NCBI GenBank assembly: GCA_963665235.2
Contig: CAXXLX010000001.1
Location: 768,001-832,000, forward strand
Direction: 5' to 3'
Length of the DNA stretch: 64,000 nucleotides
Source of the DNA: Candidatus Poribacteria bacterium
GTDB lineage: Bacteria; Poribacteria; WGA-4E; WGA-3G
Numbering within the stretch: position 1 is the first letter of the stretch; the number at the start of each line of letters is the position of its first letter. The notes below the pieces were generated by a model. That model saw nothing but the letters and a program-made list of their open reading frames with translations. It was not told the origin of the DNA and did no database searches. This document shows positions 41,111 to 51,716 of this stretch, one piece after another. The translations under genes were made by a program, and so were the position numbers.

Positions 41111-41379
41111 ACACAACACCCTAGCTCATAATCACAAACCTTCTATTGCTACGCATCTTAAAATCCGCGAAATCCGATAAATCCGCGATTCAGACAACAC
41201 ACCCGAAATTCACGCTTCCACCCTTCCCTCTATCATAGTACAAAAACTTTACACACCCTACACACCCTACTTGACAAACGGCTGTTCTTGGTGTAATAAT
41301 ATAATTGTAGAGCACATATCCGTTGAAATTTTTACACATATCACATTTTATTTTCAACCCTAAAATCCACGACTTTAAA

Positions 41380-43311
41380 ATGCATCAGACCGACTTGCAA
41401 CCCTCACATTCAATTGCAAAACGGGCGGTGTTGATTGGCACTGTCCTGATTATCGCCAACAGCTACTGGATAGCGTATGTAGAGATGATTTGGCACACGG
41501 CGCATCTAACAACAGTTGCGATGTCCGTGAATGTCATGTTCGGCATTTTTGTTATCACGGTGCTGAACTTGGTAGTGCGGGGTATTGCACCGAGGGCTGC
41601 GCTGACACAACGGGATTTAATCGTTGTTTACGCGATGCTGGCTGTCGGAAGCGCGTTCTCAGGACACGACTGTATCCCCCGCTTGATGGGGCTTATCCCT
41701 TATGCGTTCCGATTCGCTACGCCTGAAAACGATTGGGAGGCACTCCTCTTCCATCATCTGCCCGAATGGCTGGTTGTCAAAGACCCCAAAACAGTCACCG
41801 ATTTCTATGAAGGCGAGGTCAATTTCTTCACAGGCGGCTATATTGAACATTGGATTGTGCCGATTCTTTCATGGTCAGCCGTCATTTTCCTCCTGATGCT
41901 AATTTTCCTCTGTCTCACCTCACTGATTCGAAAACAGTGGATTGAAAACGAAAAGTTGGCGTACCCGATTATTCAGATTCCGCTTGAGATTACTACGAAC
42001 CGACGTATCTTTAGAAATCGCTTGCTCTGGCTCGGATTCGGAATAGCCATGGGGATAAACCTGCTCAATGGGCTACAGTTTTTCTTTCCGGTGCTGCCGG
42101 AAATACCTGTGCGGGAATATAACCTCAATATCTACTTCACACAAAAGCCGTGGAACGCCATCGGGAGCACACCGCTACGGTTTCATCCGTACCTAATCGG
42201 GTTTTCGTTTATTTTGCCATTGGATTTGGCGTTTTCATGCACGTTTTTCTATTTGATGAAGAAGGTGCAGCTGCTATTCGGAAGTGCTGTAGGGGTATCG
42301 ACCCTTCCGGGCTATCCGTTTTTAGGGGAGCAGGGTGCGGGGGCATTGCTCGCGCTGTTGGCGATTGCGTGTTGGCACGCTAGAAAACATTTTAAAACTG
42401 TGTTTTCACAGGTCATCCGCCCAAATCGTGTAGCCTCACAAACGGAGGCACTTTCGTCCCGCAGCACTGTGATTACATTGGGATTATCGCTGTTATTATT
42501 GGCAGTGTTCTGTGTCCGTGGCGGTATGTCGCTGTGGGCATTTACGGTTTTCATCGGCATCTATCTATTGATTGTTGTCGGGTTGACTCGGATGCGGGCG
42601 GAACTCGGCCCGCCGATACACGCCATCGGCTATTTGACACCGCAATATATGATGATTTCACTGCTCGGCACGCGGCGGTTACGCGCAGGCAACCTCACGA
42701 TGCTCTCCCTGATGAATTGGCTCAGTGGTGCCAGCTACGCCTCTTTCCGCACGCACCCAATGCCTGACCAGCTGGAGGCGTTCAAATTAGCGGAACGCAC
42801 CGGCATCCGAAACCGGACGATGTTCACGGTGTTAGTAATCGCAAGCCTCGTCGGCATCTTATCCAGCCTGATTCTCTATCCGTACGCCATTTACCGGGAG
42901 GGTGTCGCTGCAGGGTCAGAACAGATTCACGCGGGGGGAGCGGATACCTATAACTTTTTATCATCGTGGTTAGTGAACCCGAAACCGACAGATTGGTTGG
43001 CAACCTCTGTGCTTGGGATAACGTTTGCGGCGAATTTGGGTATCATGTTCCTGCGTTCCCGTTTTGTATGGTGCCCGCTACATCCGGCGGGATATGTTAT
43101 TGGGGTTGCCCCAGGCACGACAGATGTAATATGGTTTCCGCTGCTGATAGCGATGGTGACGAAGTGGCTTATCTTACGGCATGGCGGTATTAACGCCTAT
43201 CGGCGAGCAGTGCCGTTTTTCATCGGGCTAGTCCTGGGCGAGGCGTTGATGGGATGTTTCTGGCCGTTGTTGAGTCTGGTGCTACGCTCGGCGGTGTATA
43301 GTTGGATTTGA
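41380..43311 (+). CDS. DUF6785/DUF6784-like multi-pass membrane protein (OPT-like transporter?)
   Basis: RKQWIENEKLAYP...PL, TRMRAELG, WCPLHPAGY, GG..AYRRAVPFFIGLVLGE. Confidence 0.72.
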   Translation: MHQTDLQPSHSIAKRAVLIGTVLIIANSYWIAYVEMIWHTAHLTTVAMSVNVMFGIFVITVLNLVVRGIAPRAALTQRDLIVVYAMLAVGSAFSGHDCIPRLMGLIPYAFRFATPENDWEALLFHHLPEWLVVKDPKTVTDFYEGEVNFFTGGYIEHWIVPILSWSAVIFLLMLIFLCLTSLIRKQWIENEKLAYPIIQIPLEITTNRRIFRNRLLWLGFGIAMGINLLNGLQFFFPVLPEIPVREYNLNIYFTQKPWNAIGSTPLRFHPYLIGFSFILPLDLAFSCTFFYLMKKVQLLFGSAVGVSTLPGYPFLGEQGAGALLALLAIACWHARKHFKTVFSQVIRPNRVASQTEALSSRSTVITLGLSLLLLAVFCVRGGMSLWAFTVFIGIYLLIVVGLTRMRAELGPPIHAIGYLTPQYMMISLLGTRRLRAGNLTMLSLMNWLSGASYASFRTHPMPDQLEAFKLAERTGIRNRTMFTVLVIASLVGILSSLILYPYAIYREGVAAGSEQIHAGGADTYNFLSSWLVNPKPTDWLATSVLGITFAANLGIMFLRSRFVWCPLHPAGYVIGVAPGTTDVIWFPLLIAMVTKWLILRHGGINAYRRAVPFFIGLVLGEALMGCFWPLLSLVLRSAVYSWI

Positions 43312-43325
43312 TACGCATTCACTTT

Positions 43326-44807
43326 TTAAGTCGCCTGACAATGTCTTTCTGCCGACTTGGCTGCCGTTTCTGGTAAATTGACATACATTAAATATCCAAT
43401 TGCTCCGAAGACCTTCTGCAACTCGCCTATCGATAGCGGTGTCCTATTCCGCGTAAATAGAGCCTCCGCTAACTTACCGAATTGCCACATCTCCCCATCT
43501 GTTACAATCCCGTAAACGGGCATCAGGTCGTCCCCGTTAATCCGCTGAATTGCAACCAGTTCCGCCAAACACTGTCCCCAACCCTCAATAAAGTCGTTTC
43601 GTTTCGCCTCAACGACAACGATGATTGGGGTGCCAAGTACGGTTTTTCCTAACGCCGATTTTGTTGAAATAAGATAATCGGGCGGACCGCTCAGCTGCGA
43701 ATCGTAGGCAATAGGTTTATGGCTCCACAGCGAAAAGCTATCGGCATATTTTTTGTAAACATCCCGGAGAATCGGATAGATAATACCATTTTTATTAATT
43801 ATTCTATCATTACCGGTTGTTAGAAATGAAACGGAGAACGGAAGACCCAAACTAAAAGTTTATGCTACTAGAAAGCACAAACTGGAAGTTTATGCTACTA
43901 GAAAGCACAAACTGGAAGTTTATGCTACAAGACCGCACAAACTGGAAGTTTATGCTACAAGACCGCACAAACTGGAAGTTTATGCTACAAGACCGCACAA
44001 ACTGGAAGTTTATGCTACAAGACCGCACAAACTGGAAGTTTATGCTACAAGACCGCACAAACTGGAAGTTTATGCTACAAGACCGCACAAACTGGAAGTT
44101 TATGCTACAAGACCGCACAAACTGGAAGTTTATGCTACAAGACCGCACAAACTGGAAGTTTATGCTACAAGACCGCACAAACTGGAAGTTTATGCTACAA
44201 GACCGCACAAACTGGAAGTTTATGCTACAATAAAGTGCACAAACTGGAAGTTTATGCTACAAGACCGCACAAACTGGAAGTTTATGCTACAAGACCGCAC
44301 AAACTGGAAGTTTATGCTACAAGACCGCACAAACTGGAAGTTTATGCTACAAGAAAGTGCACAAACTGGAAGTTTATGCTACAAGACCGCACAAACTGGA
44401 AGTTTATGCTACAACAAAGCACAAACTGGAAGTTTATGCTACGCACAAACTGGAAGTTTATGCTACAAGAACGCACAAACTGGAAGTTTATGCTACAAGA
44501 TGCTACGCACAAACTGGAAGTTTATGCTACAAGAGGCACAAACTGGAAGTTTATGCTACAAGAAAGCACAAACTGGAAGTTTATGCTACTACAAAGAGAC
44601 ATTTTCAATTAGGAATGGTATAACATTCTCACAACGCGCTGTCTCCGATGCAAACACGTCAATATGTTGTTGATTAAACGCAAACTCTTCCAAAAACGCC
44701 GGGGAGGGTTCAATATTGGCATCGTACTGGAGGTAGTCCTCCTCGATATATTTAATATCAAAGGTTTCCTGAACTTGCGCGATTGATTTGAAGTTTGTAA
44801 ATGCCAT
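43326..44807 (-). pseudogene. PD-(D/E)XK-like hypothetical gene interrupted by MITE A
   Basis: Removing the element plus one TTA restores ...SETARCENVIYPILRD..., colinear with 19821-20471. Confidence 0.88.
43784..44620 (-). mobile_element. MITE family A copy 5 (about 25 units)
   Basis: TAA at 43781-43783 and 44621-44623. Confidence 0.9.
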
Positions 44808-44870
44808 CTATTCTGCCTCCTTAGATTATGCAAAAAGTATAGCATGAATTTGTGGGAATATCAACAAAAA

Positions 44871-46007
44871 TTAGACCTTAAATGCCCGGTTGATGCGGAA
44901 AGGGGTGATGTCAAAAGCGGTTTCGCCGGTCAGTGCCAACTCTCCCAGGATGCGCCCGACGATGGAACAGAACTTAAAGCCGTGTCCTGAAAAACCTGCC
45001 GCAATCAGTAGGGTTGGACAGTCAGGATGGAGGTCAATAATGAAATCTTCGTCCGGGGTTTCGGTGTAGAGACAGACTTCGGCATGAACTGTTTCGCCAA
45101 CCTCCGGTATCCGCTCATGCAAATAGGCATCTATCCGCTGCATGTAAGCTGCGTCGGGGGTGCGGTTGCATGTATCGGGTGAAACAGGTTGTCCCATGCC
45201 GTGTCGCGCTATCTTTACGCCATTTTTACCGAAATAGGGGATACCGTAAAGGAATTCGCCTTCTGCTGTAACCTCTGTGAAGACAGGAAATCGGGCCGGC
45301 TGGAACAACGCAACATCTGTGGGTTGATAGTAGCAGACCTGTTGCCGCGTTACCGTGAAGAGGGGGTCGAGTTCCGGAAGCAGAACGTTTGTCCACGCCC
45401 CTGCTGTTACCACTACCTTTCTGCCACGAAACCGATGTGTGTCGGTGTAGACCGTTAGGACATCCGATTGCCAATCTATTTGCGTAACAGGCATCCCCTC
45501 CCGAATATCTGCTCCGTGCTGTTCTGCCAATTGGGAGTGTGTAGAAACACATTCGGCAGCGTGGAGAAAACCGGTGTCCTTCTGATAGAGGATATCCATG
45601 GTATCGGACACCCGGAATTGCGGGAAACGTTTCATCAACTGTTGCGAAGTCCACTCCTCCGATTCAACGCCTGCAGCCGCTAAACTTTGCCGAACAGCGC
45701 GTCCATATAGGTTTCCACTTTGACCTAAATTGACGCTCCCTGTGATGAACAGGAGGGGTTTTCCTGATGCTGCTTCAAGGGCACGCCATTCTTCATAAGC
45801 GGTTTTCATCAGTTCGGTGTAGAAGGGTTTATCGTAAAAAAAACGGATGATGCGGGTTTCACCGTGTGAACTGCCGAACGTGTGTCCACGGTGAAACTGT
45901 TCCAAAACGAGCACGTCCGCGCCAGCTTTTGCTATGTGGTATGCTGTCGCGCTGCCCATCCCGCCTGCACCGATGACGATGGTATCGTAGATGTGAGATT
46001 GCATCAT
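44871..46007 (-). CDS. solA: N-methyl-L-tryptophan oxidase / monomeric sarcosine oxidase family flavoprotein
   Basis: VIGAGGMGSA, GSSHGETRIIR, CLYT.TPDEDFIID, GFSGHGFKF. Confidence 0.85.
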   Translation of the reverse strand: MMQSHIYDTIVIGAGGMGSATAYHIAKAGADVLVLEQFHRGHTFGSSHGETRIIRFFYDKPFYTELMKTAYEEWRALEAASGKPLLFITGSVNLGQSGNLYGRAVRQSLAAAGVESEEWTSQQLMKRFPQFRVSDTMDILYQKDTGFLHAAECVSTHSQLAEQHGADIREGMPVTQIDWQSDVLTVYTDTHRFRGRKVVVTAGAWTNVLLPELDPLFTVTRQQVCYYQPTDVALFQPARFPVFTEVTAEGEFLYGIPYFGKNGVKIARHGMGQPVSPDTCNRTPDAAYMQRIDAYLHERIPEVGETVHAEVCLYTETPDEDFIIDLHPDCPTLLIAAGFSGHGFKFCSIVGRILGELALTGETAFDITPFRINRAFKV

Positions 46008-46021
46008 TTTTCCTTAGAAGA

Positions 46022-46235
46022 GTCGCGAGCCCAGCTCGCTCCTACAGAAGAGACAGCCTGTCGCGAGCCCAGCTCGCTCCTACAGAAGAGACAGCCTGTC
46101 GCGAGCCCAGCTCGCTCCTACAGAAGAGACAGCCTGTCGCGAGCCCAGCTCGCTCCTACAGAAGAGACAGCCTGTCGCGAGCCCAGCTCGCTCCTACAGA
46201 AGAGACAGCCTGTCGCGAGCCCAGCTCGCTCCTAC
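46022..46235 (-). repeat. Tandem REP array, 6 x 38 bp (GTAGGAGCGAGCTGGGCTCGCGAC)
   Basis: GTAG + GCGAGC-TGG-GCTCGC palindrome. Confidence 0.88.
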
Positions 46236-46254
46236 ATAAGAGATAAGAGGTTTG

Positions 46255-46283
46255 TTGAAATTTTGTCTGTGGTATGTTAAAAT
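46255..46283 (+). promoter_or_regulatory. Sigma70-like promoter
   Basis: TTGAAA-17 bp-TAAAAT with TGn extension. Confidence 0.5.
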
Positions 46284-46312
46284 TTTAAAAAGATAATCAA
46301 ACGGAGGCAAAT

Positions 46313-46891
46313 ATGTCATCTCCTGCACTAGATGTCTACATTACACCTGAGGCATACCTTGCCTCAGAACGCAAGGCAAAATTCAAAAGCGAGTACATCC
46401 ATGGAGAAATCCTGGCAATGTCCGGGGCGAGTCGCGCCCATAATCTTATCACGTTAGATACAGCTATGGAACTTAACATGCAATTGCGCGGGCGGGGTTG
46501 CGAAGTTTACAGTAGCGATATGCGTGTTCGGACGAATCCTACAGGTCCCTACTTCTACCCAGATGTCGTCGTTGTTTGCGATAAACCCCGCTTTGAGGAT
46601 AATGTCTTTGATACACTGCTCAACCCAACCCTTATCGTAGAGGTGCTTTCACCATCAACTGAAGCGTACGACAGAGGTGAGAAATTTATGCACTATCAGG
46701 AGCTCACGTCCTTGCAAGAATACGTCCTTGTTGCCCAGGACAGGATTCACGTTGAACATTACCAGCTTATTGAGACGCAGTGGGTGCAGAAAGCGTTTGA
46801 TTCACCTGAAGATGTCCTACTTTTCAGTTCTATTGGATGCGAATTGCCTTTGCGGGATATCTACATACGCGTTCCATTTCTGAATATCTAA
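46313..46891 (+). CDS. Uma2-family (DUF820) endonuclease
   Basis: EYIHGEILAMSG, YPDVVV, VEVLSPST..YDRGEKF..Y, EYVLV. Confidence 0.92.
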   Translation: MSSPALDVYITPEAYLASERKAKFKSEYIHGEILAMSGASRAHNLITLDTAMELNMQLRGRGCEVYSSDMRVRTNPTGPYFYPDVVVVCDKPRFEDNVFDTLLNPTLIVEVLSPSTEAYDRGEKFMHYQELTSLQEYVLVAQDRIHVEHYQLIETQWVQKAFDSPEDVLLFSSIGCELPLRDIYIRVPFLNI

Positions 46892-47036
46892 CGCAAGTTG
46901 CCACATAGTAGCACAAACTTCCTAGTTTGGGTCTTCCATAAGGGCGCGAACTAGGAAGTTCACGGTACAATTATCAGCATTTTTTGACTAAAAGCGGCGT
47001 TCCCAAGTCTAAAAATTTATAGGTGGCAACTTAGGT
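46891..47036. mobile_element. MITE family D (diverged copy)
   Basis: ACGCAAGTTGCCAC ... GTGGCAACTTAGGT. Confidence 0.7.
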
Positions 47037-47040
47037 ATAT

Positions 47041-47796
47041 CTAGAGCGAAAACGGTTCCGGCACAGTGGTAAAGTGCTTATACCGGTCGGTGCCGCGCAG
47101 GAGAATCGGTTTCCACGGGCGTTTCAATGAATTATCCTCTGCCTGCTTCACCGAAGGAGCGATGTATCGGATGGTTAAACCGCACCGCCGACGCGTAGAA
47201 TGATTCGGGAGGCTGCCGTGGATTATCTGTCCATGATGAATAGACATTTCACCCGCCTTGAGGATTAGGTCAATCGCGGTCTCCTCCGCTGCTTCGGTGA
47301 CCGGCACCTCCTGATTAATGCTCAGTAGGTTGCCTTCCTGTTCAGATGTGCCGTGCGTTTGAACGCCTTGATGATGACTGCCGGGAATAACCCGCATACA
47401 TCCGTTTCCTATGTCGCTGTCATCTATAGCATACCAAGCGGTAATTGCATCCGGGGGTTCCAGTCCCCAATACGTTACGTCTTGATGCCATGCAACGAAT
47501 TTCTCCCGTGGGCCATACTTGCAAAAGAAGTGTGTGGCTAACAGCATCACATCGGGACCGATAAGTGCTTCAATCACATCAACGATTTTGGGGTGTTTGG
47601 CGAGTTTCCAAATAAATTCGTATTCGAAATGCCAATCAATCAGTCCGATTTCACATTTTTCCGTGCCGACTTCCGCCTCTAAGGCATCATATTCATCCCG
47701 ATAGTGGGTGGCTTCAGCCGTGTCGGCGACAGGTATCCCGGTCAAAAATCCATCTTTTTGATACGTTGTTAAGAGCTGTTCATTTGTAGTTTGCAT
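47041..47796 (-). CDS. Phytanoyl-CoA dioxygenase (PhyH) family protein
   Basis: WHQD, NGCMRVIPGSH, HGS.PN.S..RR. Confidence 0.9.
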   Translation of the reverse strand: MQTTNEQLLTTYQKDGFLTGIPVADTAEATHYRDEYDALEAEVGTEKCEIGLIDWHFEYEFIWKLAKHPKIVDVIEALIGPDVMLLATHFFCKYGPREKFVAWHQDVTYWGLEPPDAITAWYAIDDSDIGNGCMRVIPGSHHQGVQTHGTSEQEGNLLSINQEVPVTEAAEETAIDLILKAGEMSIHHGQIIHGSLPNHSTRRRCGLTIRYIAPSVKQAEDNSLKRPWKPILLRGTDRYKHFTTVPEPFSL

Positions 47797-47809
47797 GCCT
47801 GATCCTCTC

Positions 47810-48697
47810 TTATGAAATTTCTGGAAGTTTCCACTGGCGGAACCATTGGGAATCCTCCGGGGGCGGTTCACCTGTGTTTTGCATCGTCTTGAACGTTTTC
47901 AAGGCGGGTGTGACCTGTTCTGCCCAAATCTGTTCAACCTCTGCAAACGTTACCGGTTGCCGTTCGGAAATATTCTGTTCTGCGTAAGCGTTTAACAATT
48001 CCTGCATCTTGTTGCCGAGCCATGCGACCTCATCGTTGACCATGCGTTCTCCGATGCGCCGGTCTGAGTCGTACGCATTTGCTCCCATTGCGAAGTGGGG
48101 GCCGGGGGTGTCAGGTGGCGGCATCCGCGACATATCAACGCATGCCGGGTCTAAAGCCCAGAGTAGCGAGGTTTCAACGCGGCCTGCGTGGTCTCCGCTG
48201 TTGCCCTGCTTGTCGAAACCGATACCGTTCGCCTCAAAATCGGGGAGTCCGTACAGCTGCATTGCGAAGTGCGGTTGGATTAATGTTAGCAACGTTTTGA
48301 GGTCTTGCCAATTTGGGCCGTAGTGTCCGGTGAGAAAAATCGCTGCGTGAAATCCGAGGGCATCGGCGGCCCGGACGTGATAACACACATTTTTGAAATG
48401 TTGCCATGCTGGCATAGCGGTCATCCAGCTCCGCACTTCACCGACATTTTGCTGTGCCCAATTTGCGTAAGTGCCGTGTTCATGGATATGCCAATAGTCG
48501 GGCGGTGCGACAATGCCGCCGTGGGTTTGTGCAGCGCGGCAGGCAATTGCGTGCGCCTTGAGGGCATCTAACCCGACCGTATTCTGTGGACCGTGCGGTT
48601 CACAGAGCCCATAAGTGAAATAGACACCGGGGCATTCCGTAAACGCAGCTTCCAATTCATCTGGGAACATCCGCTCCCAGCGTACTTCTCGTCTCAT
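47810..48697 (-). CDS. Creatininase-family protein
   Basis: G.CEPHG....GLD, TGHYG, DHAG..ETS. Confidence 0.85.
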   Translation of the reverse strand: MRREVRWERMFPDELEAAFTECPGVYFTYGLCEPHGPQNTVGLDALKAHAIACRAAQTHGGIVAPPDYWHIHEHGTYANWAQQNVGEVRSWMTAMPAWQHFKNVCYHVRAADALGFHAAIFLTGHYGPNWQDLKTLLTLIQPHFAMQLYGLPDFEANGIGFDKQGNSGDHAGRVETSLLWALDPACVDMSRMPPPDTPGPHFAMGANAYDSDRRIGERMVNDEVAWLGNKMQELLNAYAEQNISERQPVTFAEVEQIWAEQVTPALKTFKTMQNTGEPPPEDSQWFRQWKLPEIS

Positions 48698-48716
48698 TAT
48701 CCTTCTCCTTAAAAAA

Positions 48717-49738
48717 ACCTAAGTTGCCACATAGTAGCATAATCTTCCAGATTGTGCGTAATAGTAGCATAATCTTCCAGATTGTGCGTAATAGTAGCAT
48801 AATCTTCCAGATTGTGCGTAATAGTAGCATAATCTTCCAGATTGTGCGTAATAGTAGCATAATCTTCCAGATTGTGCGTAATAGTAGCATAATCTTCCAG
48901 ATTGTGCGTAATAGTAGCATAATCTTCCAGATTGTGCATATTTGTGTGCAAACTAAAAGTGGACGCTACAAATAGTGCCTAATTAACGCGAGTTTGAAAA
49001 AAGTTTTGACTTAGAGCGTTCTGTGTTAGTTTTAGCAAAAAACTGCACAAACTAGGAAGTATGTGCTACAATGCTGCTGCTTTTTTCGCGGTGAAAAGGT
49101 TTAGAGCAAACGGATATTTATTCAAGCTCACGTCAATTATCAGCATATTTTCATTAAAGACGGTGTTTCCGGGTCTAAAAACTTATTAAAAAAAAACCTA
49201 AGTTGCCACATAGTAGCATAATCTTCCAGATTGTGCGTAATAGTAGCATAATCTTCCAGATTGTGCCCATAGTAGCATAATCTTCCAGATTGTGCCCATA
49301 GTAGCATAATCTTCCAGTATCAAACGGATATTTATTATCAAGCTCACGTCAATTATCAGCATATTTTCATTAAAGACGGTGTTTCCGGGTCTAAAAACTT
49401 ATTAAAAAAAAACCTAAGTTGCCACATAGTAGCATAATCTTCCAGATTGTGCCCATAGTAGCATAATCTTCCAGATTGTGCCCATAGTAGCATAATCTTC
49501 CAGATTGTGCCCATAGTAGCATAATCTTCCAGATTGTGCATATTTGTGTGCAAACTAAAAGTGGACGCTACAAATAGTGCCTAATTAACGCGAGTTTGAA
49601 AAAAGTTTTGACTTAGAGCGTTCTGTGTTAGTTTTAGCAAAAAACTGCACAAACTAGGAAGTATGTGCTACAATTATTCCGCTTTTTTGGCGGTGAAAAA
49701 GGTTTAGAGCAAACGGATATTTATTATCAAGCTCACGT
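48717..49738. repeat. Nested mosaic of family D and family C MITEs with tandem GTAGCATAATCTTCCAGATTGTGC units
   Basis: Three ACCTAAGTTGCCAC starts; 30- and 27-bp arrays; ACGCGAGTTTGAA...TCAAGCTCACGT inserts. Confidence 0.8.
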
Positions 49739-50536
49739 TATATTTAAAGTCTGGCAAATCTTCTTTGCCCCCGCGAGATTAGGTTGGAGTTCAAACGCCA
49801 TGAGTAAAACCTTCCGCGCCTCCGAAAATTGGTTTATCTCCACGTAGAATTCAGCAATTTTTTTGTACATCCACGCGGTTTCACGCTTTGGAAGTTGTAA
49901 CGCCTGAATCTTCAGCAGAGAGACGGGGGTTGTCTGTTCATGCCCCTCAACGCTGAAATGGTAAAGGTATAGACATTTCAAACGTTCTTTAAGTTCCCGG
50001 GTAAAGTGTCGGAAACAGGGCCGTTTCGCTTCAGCGGCGAGCAGCGATTCATAAATTACGCGCGCCTGCTCCTGTTTGCCAAGCTTCTGATACGCTTCTG
50101 CGATTAAGAATTCACAGTCCCGGCTCTGTTCGTAGCTAAGAAAATCGTCAATGCACACCCCCTCTTTTTCACAGCACAGCTGCTCGTAAGCAGAAATACC
50201 CGCCTCATAGTTTTGATGGAGCAGTGCTTGAAATAGCAATTCCAATTTGGTGTATGTCTGATTGAGTCGATTGCGTCTCTCCTGATAGGCTGCTTGTGCT
50301 TCTCGCTGCTGTTGAGCGGCTTCTAGTGTCTGGTCATAATCCCATTTCTGTCTTTTGTCGCGCAGGATAGTGTATGCCTTACAGACTTCACGAAACCGCT
50401 GCGCTGCGAAGTCAACCTGCTCCGGATTTTTATCGGGGTGGTAACGTTTCGCGAGTTTGCGGAATGCCTGTTTTATTTCGGCCGCAGTCGCGCCCCGGTC
50501 TATTTCTAAGATTTCGTAGTAATTTGGTATTTGCAT
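49733..50536 (-). CDS. J-domain (DnaJ) protein with TPR-like C-terminus
   Basis: NYYEILE, AFRKLAKRYHPDKN, YD; helical TPR-like tail. Confidence 0.88.
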   Translation of the reverse strand: MQIPNYYEILEIDRGATAAEIKQAFRKLAKRYHPDKNPEQVDFAAQRFREVCKAYTILRDKRQKWDYDQTLEAAQQQREAQAAYQERRNRLNQTYTKLELLFQALLHQNYEAGISAYEQLCCEKEGVCIDDFLSYEQSRDCEFLIAEAYQKLGKQEQARVIYESLLAAEAKRPCFRHFTRELKERLKCLYLYHFSVEGHEQTTPVSLLKIQALQLPKRETAWMYKKIAEFYVEINQFSEARKVLLMAFELQPNLAGAKKICQTLNIT

Positions 50537-50924
50537 GTTATTATCGTACAAGTTTTAAATGGATATACGAATATAATGCCATAGATTACAGTGATTGTCA
50601 AGGGGAAATTTAAGATTGGAACGGCGGAAGAGTGGAAGGGTGGATTTCGCGGGTGTTGTCAGAATCGCGGATTATCGCGGATTTATCGGATTTCGCGGAT
50701 TTTAAGATGGGTAACAATCCAAGTTTTGTGATTATAGTTTTAGCGTTTTTTTGTCAGAATCGCGGATTATCGCGGAGGACGCGGAGGACGCGGAGTTTAA
50801 GAGATGTCCGCCTATCTAGAAAGGTATCGCGTGCACAGCGCGCTCCTACAGAGCGGGGAGGTCGCGTGCACAGCACGCTCCTATATAACACGTTAAGTCC
50901 AAAAGTTTTACGCAACCAAAGAAA

Positions 50925-50953
50925 TTGACAGAAAATGCAATTGTGTGTATAAT
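50925..50953 (+). promoter_or_regulatory. Consensus sigma70 promoter (copy 1)
   Basis: TTGACA-17 bp-TATAAT. Confidence 0.75.
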
Positions 50954-50975
50954 TGGATTGATAAAGTGAAAGTAA

Positions 50976-51054
50976 GGAGAGGTCCGATGTGCCGCCCGGA
51001 CGCAGTAATAAATAGATGCGGACATCTCCGTCCCTCTCAGCAAACGCAGACACA
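50976..51054 (+). ncRNA. Putative structured RNA/leader (copy 1)
   Basis: GGAGA-G-GTCCG / CGGAC-A-TCTCC stem; near-identical to 53363-53438; follows a consensus promoter. Confidence 0.4.
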
Positions 51055-51152
51055 ATGAGAGCCGTCTATACTTAAAACGGAGATGGAATAGAGGGGTATG
51101 AGGGATCTCTATCTCATCATTATTTCAATGAAAGCCCTCAAAGGATAACTAA

Positions 51153-51712
51153 TACCATTTTTATTAATTATTCTATCATTACCGGTTGTTAGAAATGAAA
51201 CGGAGAACGGAAGACCCAAACTAAAAGTTTATGCTACAATAAAGTGCACAAACTGGAAGTTTATGCTACAATAAAGTGCACAAACTGGAAGTTTATGCTA
51301 CAATAAAGTGCACAAACTGGAAGTTTATGCTACAATAAAGTGCACTGGAAGTTTATGCTACGAAGAAGTGCACAAACTGGAAGTTTATGCTACAATAAAG
51401 TGCACAAACTGGAAGTTTATGCTACGAAGAAGTGCACAAACTGGAAGTTTATGCTACAATAAAGTGCACAAACTGGAAGTTTATGCTACGAAGAAGTGCA
51501 CAAACTGGAAGTTTATGCTACGAAGAAGTGCACAAACTGGAAGTTTATGCTACAATAAAGTGCACAAACTGGAAGTTTATGCTACGAAGAAGTGCACAAA
51601 CTGGAAGTTTATGCTACGAAGAAGTGCACAAACTGGAAGTTTATGCTACAATAAAGTGCACAAACTGGAAGTTTATGCTACAAGAAAGAGACATTTTCAA
51701 TTAGAAATGGTA
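51153..51712 (-). mobile_element. MITE family A copy 6 (about 15 units), between SD and ATG of the ATPase
   Basis: TAA at 51150-51152 and 51713-51715. Confidence 0.9.
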
Positions 51713-51716
51713 TAAG

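Noticed and set aside
41271-41305. Promoter for the gene at 41380
   Set aside because: TTGACA is present but the best TATAAT is 23 bp away
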